Virus record (IMG/VR): IMGVR_UViG_3300028886_000065
Strand: one strand, 5' to 3'
Length of the DNA: 64,000 nt
From: a virus
Lineage: Duplodnaviria > Heunggongvirae > Uroviricota > Caudoviricetes
The notes under the pieces are model-generated. The model was given only the letters and a program-made list of their open reading frames with translations. It did no database searches and was not told the origin of the DNA. Shown one piece after another: positions 49,568-58,399 of this stretch. A program made the translations under genes and the position numbers. Position 1 is the stretch's first letter. Each line of letters begins with the position of its first letter.

Positions 49568-49774
49568 ATGGAAAGTCAAGAGATTACATTAGAGTTTATG
49601 AAAGTCATTGCTCCTGTCATTGTTCAGGAAGGTCTCAAACTTCAGAACCGTCTTGCAGACATCGGAAGCGACCCAGCAAACTGTACCGTAGGCGGCAAAG
49701 ACATTCCTCATGCCTATGCAGAAAGCGCAAAAGAGTGGGCTATTGCATTTGCAGAAGTCTGGATGAACGACTAA
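49568..49774 (+). CDS. Hypothetical small protein.
   Basis: 68-aa ORF, starting MESQEI with the conserved start context. Confidence 0.4.
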   Translation: MESQEITLEFMKVIAPVIVQEGLKLQNRLADIGSDPANCTVGGKDIPHAYAESAKEWAIAFAEVWMND

Positions 49775-49835
49775 GGGAATTGCGGATTTGCATCCGCACC
49801 CCTGCTATTGTCTAACAAATAAAATTCAGTAAATT

Positions 49836-50588
49836 ATGGAAAGAAAAGATTATGCAGAGAAATTCATGGCTATCAAGAATGAGATTCTTGCTGAAATCCG
49901 CGAGATTATTCCAGTGAACAGCGCACACCATTTCAGAGACAAGTTCTACGTCCACTATGTTGATGGCGAAGTCGCTACAACTGAAATATGTTCTGCCGTG
50001 GAAGTCTGGAGCGATGGGATGGTAGCATTTACCGTAAATAGCGAAACTTGCGCCAAGGATGATGTCATTGGAGGCGAGTCCGTTTTCAATTACGACCCAG
50101 AATCATTCCTTGACATTCTCGCCAACTTGAAGAAAGAAGTACGGGAAAAGAAACTTGCTCTACTGCGTGACATCGTGAAGCGTAACAACGGGCTGCACTT
50201 CGACGGCAGTTTCAAACTTAACATTGACGATGGCAGCGATGGCGCAAACGGCTGTACTATTGCCGAGAATTGCCAGTTGACAAGTCTGGAACTCATGCAC
50301 GATGGCACTCTGGCTATTCACAACAACTTCGAGGGCGAGGCTTTCGTCAACGAGGAAAGTTCATTGCTTTTTGAGGACATTGACAGACTCCTTGCCTATG
50401 CAAGAAGTCAGACGTATCGAAAATTCGTCATTCGAGTGTCCGGCTCATTCTCCAGAACATTCGACGTCAATGCCTCATCTTACGAAGAAGCACTGGCACT
50501 GGCAAAGAAAGATTGGGAAATCAACCCTCTTTACTTTGGAGATTCAAACTGTGAAGATTGGGAAGACTACACCGCACTTGCTCATTGA
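49836..50588 (+). CDS. Hypothetical early protein.
   Basis: 250-aa ORF, starting MERKDY with the conserved start context. Confidence 0.5.
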   Translation: MERKDYAEKFMAIKNEILAEIREIIPVNSAHHFRDKFYVHYVDGEVATTEICSAVEVWSDGMVAFTVNSETCAKDDVIGGESVFNYDPESFLDILANLKKEVREKKLALLRDIVKRNNGLHFDGSFKLNIDDGSDGANGCTIAENCQLTSLELMHDGTLAIHNNFEGEAFVNEESSLLFEDIDRLLAYARSQTYRKFVIRVSGSFSRTFDVNASSYEEALALAKKDWEINPLYFGDSNCEDWEDYTALAH

Positions 50589-50655
50589 CATTCAGACCAT
50601 TTTTCGTCCAACGACGAAGGTGGTCACTATTATTTAACCCAAAAAACAATTCATT

Positions 50656-51330
50656 ATGGAAAGAAAAGAAATGATCTACAACACGCTCATCCAACTATTT
50701 CAGTGGATGGATGCATCAGAGGTAGAAGACCTTGACAAACTATTAGGTGACGATGTAGCCCTGATACTCAAATGCGAGAAAAAAAGACCAACGAAAGCAA
50801 ACACTATTGATGCTATCAAGAATGTCTTGTTTTCAAAAATCAGACTTGGAATCGCAGAAGAGAAATGTCCTACTGACGGCTTCTTGTCTATTCAATCATC
50901 ATTGATTCAAGACAAATGGCTGCGAACAACACAACTGCTGAAGTTCATCAAGAAGTGGAAACAAAAAGGCTACTTCGACCCTGTTTGTACAGATTTCTAC
51001 ATGAGGGATATTCGTCAAGCTCTGGAGAAAAAAGACAAGGAAAGATTGCTCAACATCAAAATCAATCTCGTAGAAAGAATCATGCGGCAATGCCTTATCA
51101 GTGAGGAATTGCGTATCGACCTGCAACATTCATTCGGGCAGTTCGACGGAGCACAAATCTGCCAATACTGTGGAAACATCATGTGGGATGGATATTCATG
51201 GAACGGGACAACTTACTGCGATGATTCATGTGTCCTCGAAGGAGAGTGTATTGACAGAAAACAGTTCAACAAAGAACTTGAAGACGCAGAAGACCCAGAC
51301 TGTCCTTGCTACTGGACTTCATGGTTCTAA
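50656..51330 (+). CDS. Hypothetical early protein with a C-terminal zinc-ribbon (CQYCGNIMWDGYSWNGTTYCDDSC).
   Basis: 224-aa ORF. Confidence 0.5.
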   Translation: MERKEMIYNTLIQLFQWMDASEVEDLDKLLGDDVALILKCEKKRPTKANTIDAIKNVLFSKIRLGIAEEKCPTDGFLSIQSSLIQDKWLRTTQLLKFIKKWKQKGYFDPVCTDFYMRDIRQALEKKDKERLLNIKINLVERIMRQCLISEELRIDLQHSFGQFDGAQICQYCGNIMWDGYSWNGTTYCDDSCVLEGECIDRKQFNKELEDAEDPDCPCYWTSWF

Positions 51331-51419
51331 GTTCCGTATGTTGCAATTCTGTTGAAACCAATTATCAGCAAGCCGCATGACAACGGCTGCTGAACTACAA
51401 ACCAATAAACTTTCATATT

Positions 51420-51989
51420 ATGGCTATTACAAGAAAATGCGCCATTTGTGGCAAACACGTCACATCTGGCTATCTATTCGATGGTACGACATGCCTTTGT
51501 TCAGAAGATTGTGCAACGACCTTCTTTGACAACGACAAAGAGTGTGTTGAAATTCTCGTTGACGATGGCGACCGTCTGGAATGGCACGACAAGTTTCCTC
51601 AGAGAGAACATTTCCGAGTAAACATCGGACACTATTCTCCAGACTGCTTTCACCACTTCGACAACGAACAAAAAATGTTCAGTTGGATAAGCGAGAAAGT
51701 TGGTGAAGAAATCCACTCATTCGATGACTGCGAGGAATGGACGCGAAGACAAGACGATGAACATGGCTCATACATCGAAATCCTGTACTTCAACGACATC
51801 AAAGAGTTCTACAAAATCCGCAGAGAGTACATTCAGTGCCTACGTGACACGCAGGACTACTTCGACAAAGCGCTCGTGCTTCCTCCAGGAATCAAGCGCG
51901 ACTATCTCATGCGACTTGCAGGCAAAAGGTACGAGGATGCAAACTGGTATTGGGATATGTACCCCGAAGTCTGGCAGGGAGAGATTTAA
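51420..51989 (+). CDS. Hypothetical early protein with an N-terminal zinc-ribbon (CAICGKHVTSGYLFDGTTCLCSEDC) like the C-terminus of the preceding gene.
   Basis: 189-aa ORF. Confidence 0.5.
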   Translation: MAITRKCAICGKHVTSGYLFDGTTCLCSEDCATTFFDNDKECVEILVDDGDRLEWHDKFPQREHFRVNIGHYSPDCFHHFDNEQKMFSWISEKVGEEIHSFDDCEEWTRRQDDEHGSYIEILYFNDIKEFYKIRREYIQCLRDTQDYFDKALVLPPGIKRDYLMRLAGKRYEDANWYWDMYPEVWQGEI

Positions 51990-52016
51990 CCATCTCCCCC
52001 ATGCACGATTATTCAT
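51977..52016 (+). promoter_or_regulatory. Variant hairpin element: GGGAGAgatttaaccaTCTCCC-ccaTGCACGATTATTCATTTTC, upstream of the clamp gene.
   Basis: ACGATTATT is shared with element 3 and ACGATATTATTCA with element 4. Confidence 0.35.
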
Positions 52017-52044
52017 TTTCTAACCAACTTAAAATTCATCAATT

Positions 52045-53250
52045 ATGACAGACTTACAGAAAGACCAAGCCATCTATCAGGCTTTGTGCGAAATCGCAGA
52101 CAAGTATTTCAACAAGGCCATCGAGTGTAACAAAATGTTCCGCAAGTTCATGGCAGAGAAGAACATCGTGACTCCAAAGGAAATCACAGAACTGCCTCAG
52201 TACAGAAGTGCCGTAGGTGGGTATGAGAATGTTCACAACACGCCATTCTACGAAGAAGAGGAAATCATCGTTGACACCTTCAAATGTCACTTTGACGGAG
52301 AAAACGTGTTCCGAATCATGCAGCACTTCAAGAGTCTGGCCAAGGCAAAGGGCGAACACTGCTTCACCTACGAAGAAGTTATTCCAAATGACTTCATAGG
52401 CACAGTCGAAATCACATTCGACAATCCAGCAAACGCCAAGAACCTTGTAAACCATGCAGAGCATGATGAATCTCTGAAACCCATACTTGAACATATCCTT
52501 CTGGAGATTAACACACTCTCAGGCGACATCAACTTTATCGCAACAGATGGGAAAACGCTCGCAGTAATCTCCAACGACATCAAGAGCGCGAAGAAGCAAC
52601 CGAAAGACGAAGGACACCTCATCCAAGCTCTCTTCACAAAGGCAGACTGGAAACGAATCTGCGACTATGCACGCAAATCAAAGTCGAGAGTCACCTTTGA
52701 AATGTACCGCCGCAGGAAGGTGGTCAACAAAGACACCAAAAGTCTCGTAGAAGAGAAGCAGGACACCATGTGCGCTATATTGGGCGACGTAAAAGTACGT
52801 AGCATCGTCATGAGATGTAGTTATCCTACTTGGCGTAGTGTAGTACAGAATAACACAAACAAACACTTCGCCATACACCCAGACGATGTAAAGGTAGCTC
52901 AGAGTTTCATTCAAGGAATCAAAGTACCAGGTTCGGAGAAAGATAGCAAGAACATCTTTGTATCGTTCTACCATGGCTCCGATATCGCCTACTTCGACTT
53001 CTTTGACCGCGGAAACGAAGTATCGAAGACAGTAACTTTCCGGCTGGCTGAACCTGCAACTATCACCATCGGAACAAATTACAACATCAAACGCCTACAG
53101 AGGGTGAAGTTCACAGGATTCAACATCGAAGAATCAACACGACCGTCACTGCTTGATAGCGAAGACACTGACCTCATGCTGATAATGCCCATGCTCTCTG
53201 ATGGTGGATATGTGTTCAACGCCAAAGAACGTGAGAACGTGGCAGCATGA
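52045..53250 (+). CDS. Probable DNA polymerase III beta sliding clamp homologue (DnaN-like).
   Basis: 401 aa. The domain-II start TLSGDINFIATDGKTLAV resembles E. coli LRTVATDGHRLAV. The C-terminal block ITIGTNYNIKRLQRV...DLMLIMPM resembles DnaN EIGFNVSYVLDVL...YVVMPM. The similarity was judged by eye. Confidence 0.5.
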   Translation: MTDLQKDQAIYQALCEIADKYFNKAIECNKMFRKFMAEKNIVTPKEITELPQYRSAVGGYENVHNTPFYEEEEIIVDTFKCHFDGENVFRIMQHFKSLAKAKGEHCFTYEEVIPNDFIGTVEITFDNPANAKNLVNHAEHDESLKPILEHILLEINTLSGDINFIATDGKTLAVISNDIKSAKKQPKDEGHLIQALFTKADWKRICDYARKSKSRVTFEMYRRRKVVNKDTKSLVEEKQDTMCAILGDVKVRSIVMRCSYPTWRSVVQNNTNKHFAIHPDDVKVAQSFIQGIKVPGSEKDSKNIFVSFYHGSDIAYFDFFDRGNEVSKTVTFRLAEPATITIGTNYNIKRLQRVKFTGFNIEESTRPSLLDSEDTDLMLIMPMLSDGGYVFNAKERENVAA

Positions 53251-53392
53251 TACTGTCCTGAATGTTACGCCATTAAACAGAAAGTGTTTGGGAACCTAAC
53301 CTCCCAAACACGCCAACCACACAATAAATTTCAAATTTTTACGTTATGGTATTAAACGAGTCCTATCATTAAAAAAGACATGAAGAGACAAG

Positions 53393-53638
53393 ATGACAAA
53401 AGAACAGGCTTTACGCATCCCAGAACTACAAATCACGCCAAATGATTTGATAGAGGATTGTTTCTACTACCGACTCGCACAAGTAGGGAAACTATCTTCA
53501 GAAAAAGGACAGAAAGCACTTGACAGACTGAAAGGCAAAGAATCTGACCCGTGCTACAAAGGAGCGTTCATCGTCGCAGACCTCATGATCGCCAACATCG
53601 AAAAGTATGGCGTGCCGTGCGCCGCATGGTGTCCGTAG
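53393..53638 (+). CDS. Hypothetical small protein.
   Basis: 81-aa ORF. Confidence 0.4.
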   Translation: MTKEQALRIPELQITPNDLIEDCFYYRLAQVGKLSSEKGQKALDRLKGKESDPCYKGAFIVADLMIANIEKYGVPCAAWCP

Positions 53639-53670
53639 TGGTCTGGTACTGCGCGTATTCACGCGAACAA

Positions 53671-53705
53671 CTTCCATCCTCTTTGCAAAAGATGGAAGTA
53701 CGACA
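53671..53705 (+). promoter_or_regulatory. Hairpin-TACGA element 5: CTTCCATCctctttgcaaaaGATGGAAG-TACGACAAATC, upstream of the FtsK-like gene.
   Basis: 8-bp stem. TACGA lies 19 nt upstream of the ATG at 53724. Confidence 0.5.
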
Positions 53706-53723
53706 AATCAAATTTAATTTATT

Positions 53724-55091
53724 ATGAACGAACAGTTTTCAAGGAAAGACCTCATCAACGCGCTGCTGTTGTCTTTCCAAATAACCTATTACGATTTCCA
53801 AGAGGTGCATGGGCCGACCGTGACCCTCTATAAGCTACGTCCAAAGATAGGTGTTCGCGTCAACAAGATACGAAACCTAAAAGACGAACTTGCTGCAACT
53901 CTTGGAGTGCCGTCGGTACGCATCATAGCACCGATGGAAGATGGCAGCGTCGGCATCGAAGTTCCAAACGTGCAACGCGCCACAATTCCCGTGTCAGAAA
54001 TCTTCAAGGAAGAACAATTCCAGAACACAGACATGGCTTTGCCTCTGTGCATCGGTCGTAAGGTCGATAACGAAGTATTCATCTCAGACCTTGCAGAAAT
54101 GCCACACCTCCTTGTGGCGGGTGCTACAGGACAGGGAAAGTCCGTCTGTCTCAACGTCATCATCCTTTCACTTCTCCAGAAGAAGTCACCAGATGAAATG
54201 AAACTGGTGCTGATAGACCCTAAGCAGGTGGAACTAAGCATCTATTCACGCATCGAAGATTCCTACCTCGCTTGCCCAGTAATTACCGAAACAGACGAAG
54301 CGGAAAGTAAGTTGGAAGCGATTTGCGATCTAATGGATGAACGCTACGAACTTCTTTCTTCTGTAGGAGTGAGAAACATCAAGGAGTACAACGCACTTTC
54401 CTTCGTTGAGCCTATGCCGTACATCGTCACCATCATTGACGAATACGGCGACCTCATTATGACTGCAGACACGAAGATTGAACGTACCATCTGCCGAATA
54501 GCACAGAAAGCCCGGGCGGTTGGCATACATCTGATTATCGCCACCCAACGCCCAGACGCAAAAATTGTCACAGGTAACATCAAGGCAAACTTCCCCACAC
54601 GAATAGCATTCCGTACAACAACGGGGGTTGATTCACGTGTCATTATCGACCAGAGTGGAGCAGAGAAACTTACAGGCCGTGGTGACATGATATTATTCGG
54701 TAGCAATGGCACTACAAGAATGCAGTGCGCATACGCCTCAATCGAAGATGTCAATGAAATCTGTGAGTCCATAGCGGAAAGGTATGAAGACTACAAGAAT
54801 ACTCCAGTGGTCAAAGAGCCAGAGGTTGTGAAGCCTATACACATTGTGAGACTGAGAGAACCAATGCACAAATTTACAAAAGTTGCTGCCTTGGCAGTCG
54901 CCGACCAGACGGAAGTCTCTGAAGCATGGGTGCATTGTACTACAAACTTGAGTTTCCCAGATGCACGAATGGTGTTCAACCAGTTGATTCAACTTGGAAT
55001 ACTTGAAATACACTCACAAGGAAAGGGAAGACACAGCGTTCTCATGCACAACAAGGACGAAATAGAAAGTCTCATAGAAAAATACTCTTGA
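53724..55091 (+). CDS. FtsK/SpoIIIE-family DNA translocase ATPase. It is soluble, with alpha-beta motor domains and a gamma-like winged helix but no membrane domain.
   Basis: Walker A LLVAGATGQGKS. Walker B IVTIIDEYGDL. GIHLIIATQRPDAKIVTGNIKANFPTRIAFRTTTGVDSRVIID. A C-terminal winged-helix carries NQLIQLGILEIHSQGKGRHSVL. Confidence 0.85.
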   Translation: MNEQFSRKDLINALLLSFQITYYDFQEVHGPTVTLYKLRPKIGVRVNKIRNLKDELAATLGVPSVRIIAPMEDGSVGIEVPNVQRATIPVSEIFKEEQFQNTDMALPLCIGRKVDNEVFISDLAEMPHLLVAGATGQGKSVCLNVIILSLLQKKSPDEMKLVLIDPKQVELSIYSRIEDSYLACPVITETDEAESKLEAICDLMDERYELLSSVGVRNIKEYNALSFVEPMPYIVTIIDEYGDLIMTADTKIERTICRIAQKARAVGIHLIIATQRPDAKIVTGNIKANFPTRIAFRTTTGVDSRVIIDQSGAEKLTGRGDMILFGSNGTTRMQCAYASIEDVNEICESIAERYEDYKNTPVVKEPEVVKPIHIVRLREPMHKFTKVAALAVADQTEVSEAWVHCTTNLSFPDARMVFNQLIQLGILEIHSQGKGRHSVLMHNKDEIESLIEKYS

Positions 55092-55197
55092 AAATCGAGA
55101 GTTTCCAAACAGATTACTTGGAGACATCGGGTAAAATACATACCTTTGCACCGATGTTTTTACCAAGCTTTTATTTAGAGTTTTTGGGGGTTAGACA

Positions 55198-56157
55198 ATG
55201 GGATATTGTTTAACCCCTCTTTCATTCCGTAATTGGATGTTTTTTTTGGTTAGACTGGCACATCTGAACGAAAATTCAGGTGTGCTTCTATTTTTCGTGA
55301 AACATATTAAAAAAAGAGAACGTATGAATATTTTATCATTTGAACAGGAATTTACACGGAAGAATCCGGGTAGAGTCCAAGTCCTACGCTTCATGCGAGA
55401 AGCGATAGGGGTAACAGAAGTAAACTGGCAGGACATCACTACACTAAACCTCAACAAGGTACGGGAACTAATCTGTGAACGTGTGGCGGGTAACTCCGCT
55501 TGCACCTATCTCGCCATACTGAAGGCGTTTCTTTCTGCCTACATCGACGAGAACTTGTTTCCATGCAAGAACCCACACAAAGAGTTGAAGGCTAAACGTG
55601 TGCCGTCTGAGCAAGTCGTACTGACTGCCGAAGAGATTGCGCTGATAGAGCGTTACAGACCAAGGACAGAGAAAGAGAAATGGGTCAAAGCCCAATTCCT
55701 CTGTGAGTATTATTGTCTGGCTCGTTCATCAGACATTCAGCAACTTACCACAGAGAACATTCAGGGCGACTTCATCACCTACGTTTCCCAGAAGACCCGT
55801 GTAGCAACCACCGTTCCTTTGCACAAGAACTTCATAAAGTACTTTAAGCAACGAGGTAAGACGCTCGACCGTAGCGTTTACAACCGAATCATCAAGCGCA
55901 TCTGCAAGAACTGCGGCATTGACGAACCCGTGAAACTCTTCTATCACGGAAAAGTACAGACACGACCAAAGTACGAACTGGTTGGTTCGCACACAGCCCG
56001 TCGTAGCGGAGCAACAGAACTGGCAAAGCGTAATGTACCTATTGCCACAATCAGCAGACTTATGAATCACCAAAATCAAATGATTACGAGCAGATATATC
56101 TTTGCAAATACTCGTAATCTTGGTGAAGAAGCAATGTCATTCTTCAACGGAGAATAA
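55198..56157 (+). CDS. int: Tyrosine-type site-specific integrase (likely start at 55324, MNILSFEQEF).
   Basis: C-terminal catalytic motifs: LARSSDIQQL (Arg box), VGSHTARRSGATELAKRNVPIATISRLMNHQN...RY (H-x-x-R ... Y). Confidence 0.85.
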   Translation: MGYCLTPLSFRNWMFFLVRLAHLNENSGVLLFFVKHIKKRERMNILSFEQEFTRKNPGRVQVLRFMREAIGVTEVNWQDITTLNLNKVRELICERVAGNSACTYLAILKAFLSAYIDENLFPCKNPHKELKAKRVPSEQVVLTAEEIALIERYRPRTEKEKWVKAQFLCEYYCLARSSDIQQLTTENIQGDFITYVSQKTRVATTVPLHKNFIKYFKQRGKTLDRSVYNRIIKRICKNCGIDEPVKLFYHGKVQTRPKYELVGSHTARRSGATELAKRNVPIATISRLMNHQNQMITSRYIFANTRNLGEEAMSFFNGE

Positions 56158-56172
56158 AAATTTATTAGGATT

Positions 56173-56208
56173 GCGCATTTTTTCATTTATTTTGGCGCAA
56201 TCCACAAA
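56173..56208. terminator. Perfect 9-bp inverted repeat hairpin downstream of int. Possible terminator or recombination-site component.
   Basis: GGATTGCGCattttttcatttattttgGCGCAATCC, flanked by A-runs. Confidence 0.4.
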
Positions 56209-56341
56209 AAAAATCGTATCTTTGCAGCGAGGATAGGACGGAGTAGCTACCATCTGAAAAGGCCAAGTCAACGGGCTTTCCTCGTTTTACAAATCGTTGA
56301 CTCATTAAAAATCGTTGACAACTATGACATACAAAAAAAGT

Positions 56342-56375
56342 TGGGGAGCAGCCTGAAAACTACTCCCCATCCATT
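56342..56375 (-). terminator. Intrinsic terminator for the minus-strand operon ending at 56413.
   Basis: The minus strand reads GGGGAGtagttttcaggctgCTCCCC followed by AACTTTTTTTG. Confidence 0.55.
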
Positions 56376-56412
56376 TTCGGCCATTGTTCCGTTTGTTGCA
56401 ATGACATTGCAA

Positions 56413-57351
56413 CTAAAAGTCTATCTCTGGTTGTATCGCGCGCCATTTGCAGGGTTTCTTTCTTTCTCCGTTATCATACCACCGCAAATACGTTGTGGCA
56501 TACGCGCTGCAACCCTTTGGATTTCTTTTCTGCAATTCTTTATATCCCAACCAGGCATAGAAGAAATCACATTCCCCTCTCAACCCAAACTGTCTTATGG
56601 CATCATCAATAGAACCGATACGATTGTAATCGGGAAACCATGTCTTGATGAAGTCTCGAAGACCGTATGCAAGCGGACATTTCAACTGATCTTTGGGAAT
56701 CTCCCATACACCAAGACCAAAGCCATCGCCAGTACCAAGAACCAACAGCAACACCCTCAACTTATAGAAAAATTGACCGATACAGCAATCTTCAAGAAGG
56801 TAGGTCATGACATCGAAGTAAGAACACAGCTGAACAGAGGATAATCTGCGCAAGGTATCTTCGATTCCGCTGAACTGGATAATAGGGTAATTATGTTCAT
56901 TCCATAGAATGTCCATCAATTTAGCTATCTTCCAATTCTCAATGCCGCCAGTACGTTTGTTTTGTTCGTTTCCCATGGAAAGACAGACAAAATCACGACG
57001 CAAGAACCATTCCCAAGGATGATTACCAAGAAGTCCTCGAAACGTCAATACACTATCCAGCTGGTGCGATACGGTTTCCCCGTATCGTCCTTCATCGCGT
57101 ATCAGCAAGCTCGCAAAAGCAGCAATCTCCCTGTCTCTCTTGTCTGTGTAGTACGACGGCAAAACAGCCATCGGTATCAACGGAGCAGCCACCGTTCCTG
57201 TTCGCAAACCATCCTTATACCTGTCTGCCAACTCTTGCATCCATGGCCGATGATACTTGGACTGGTTGAGGAAATAATTGGCGATATTATGCTTTCTGAT
57301 TTCCTCAAGTTCCTTCAGCTTTAAAGCATGTTCAAAGTTTTTCTTCTTCAT
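56413..57351 (-). CDS. Hypothetical protein (312 aa). Last gene of the minus-strand accessory operon.
   Basis: I recognise no motif. Trp/Tyr-rich. Confidence 0.5.
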   Translation of the reverse strand: MKKKNFEHALKLKELEEIRKHNIANYFLNQSKYHRPWMQELADRYKDGLRTGTVAAPLIPMAVLPSYYTDKRDREIAAFASLLIRDEGRYGETVSHQLDSVLTFRGLLGNHPWEWFLRRDFVCLSMGNEQNKRTGGIENWKIAKLMDILWNEHNYPIIQFSGIEDTLRRLSSVQLCSYFDVMTYLLEDCCIGQFFYKLRVLLLVLGTGDGFGLGVWEIPKDQLKCPLAYGLRDFIKTWFPDYNRIGSIDDAIRQFGLRGECDFFYAWLGYKELQKRNPKGCSAYATTYLRWYDNGERKKPCKWRAIQPEIDF

Positions 57352-57520
57352 TTCTCAGCTCATATTCTTCACAACATACACGGGCATTTACAGGAAACTC
57401 GTTCTGTGTGCAAAACAGGCGGTCTATCCGTTTCCCGTTATCAATGTAGAAAGGTTGAGTGTGCGAACAGGTGGTGCAGTTGGGTTCTTGCACCCACTTC
57501 AAGTTATCGTGTTCATCCAT
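57332..57520 (-). CDS. Small Cys-rich hypothetical protein (62 aa).
   Basis: CTTCSH...CTQNE...CCEEY. Overlaps the downstream gene by 20 nt. Confidence 0.3.
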   Translation of the reverse strand: MDEHDNLKWVQEPNCTTCSHTQPFYIDNGKRIDRLFCTQNEFPVNARVCCEEYELRNEEEKL

Positions 57521-57554
57521 GTTTCTTCAATTCGCTTTCGGATAGCACATGCCA

Positions 57555-58331
57555 CTACCTATTTATCCATTTCAGTTTCGTAGTCATTTGAACCATCAGG
57601 CTCACATTCTTTTCCTTGACGTAAGCCTCCAAGTTCTTGTAATGAACATTGTCTTTGAACACAGGCAGTACGGCATATAGGAAGTTCTTGTTGTGAGTTT
57701 GCAGATGCTCGAACATTTTCAGAACCTCGGTGTAGGTGAACCTCCTCGCTGCGTCTGATGTGTTGACAAGACGAAGACGATTATCCTCAAGACGGGCAAA
57801 GTATTTCGTCTCTTCCTTGCCTCTCTTGCTCGTACAGGTAATCATCATTATCGGTGTCAGCAGTTGGTTTACAAGATTCAAATAGACAGACCTGAGCCCG
57901 ACACGCGCACCTAATCCACAAAGTTTTCTGATATTATCGGAACTGGCACTTGCGCTTTCAAGGTCAAAACTTATCTCTGCGTCATCAATGTCATTCGTCC
58001 ACATCGCTCTCTTTCCTGCGACATGTGATAAATAACCTGCAACATTGCCCTTCTCGTCGTATGTACAGATGACCCAGACCTTGTGAGTTCTGAATGTCTT
58101 TTCAAACTCTAAACGTTCCGTGCAGAAAATCTTTGCATTGGGATAGTCTTTCCTGATTCGTTCACACACCTTGTCAATAACTTCATTGTTGGTGAAAGGT
58201 GTGCATTCAATAGAAGACAAAGAGTATTCGATACGCTCTTTCCTAAACCAGCCTTTCTTCTGGAAGTCTTTCACAAAACGGACGACGCAACTGCATTTAT
58301 GCGTCTCTTCAAAATAGATGATTGTTCCCAT
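57555..58331 (-). CDS. Hypothetical protein (258 aa).
   Basis: ORF with no recognisable motif. Confidence 0.5.
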   Translation of the reverse strand: MGTIIYFEETHKCSCVVRFVKDFQKKGWFRKERIEYSLSSIECTPFTNNEVIDKVCERIRKDYPNAKIFCTERLEFEKTFRTHKVWVICTYDEKGNVAGYLSHVAGKRAMWTNDIDDAEISFDLESASASSDNIRKLCGLGARVGLRSVYLNLVNQLLTPIMMITCTSKRGKEETKYFARLEDNRLRLVNTSDAARRFTYTEVLKMFEHLQTHNKNFLYAVLPVFKDNVHYKNLEAYVKEKNVSLMVQMTTKLKWINR

Positions 58332-58399
58332 AATTTTTTGTTTGATATTGATGAAGTTTATGTATAGCTTACTTTGGATTACGATTTCTGAAACGTTGA

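Noticed and set aside
42904-53705. Whether the repeated intergenic hairpins could be a CRISPR array
   Set aside because: The repeats are not identical, are irregularly spaced (hundreds of bp apart) and are separated by protein-coding genes, and there are no cas genes. They fit regulatory RNA hairpins, not CRISPR repeats.
56209-56300. Possible tRNA or attP core downstream of the integrase (gcagcgaggataggacggagtagctaccatctgaaaagg...)
   Set aside because: I could find no T-loop (GTTCRANYC) or cloverleaf complementarity. The attachment site may still lie here (the tandem AAATCGTTGAC repeats look like arm-type sites), but no tRNA gene can be supported from the sequence alone.
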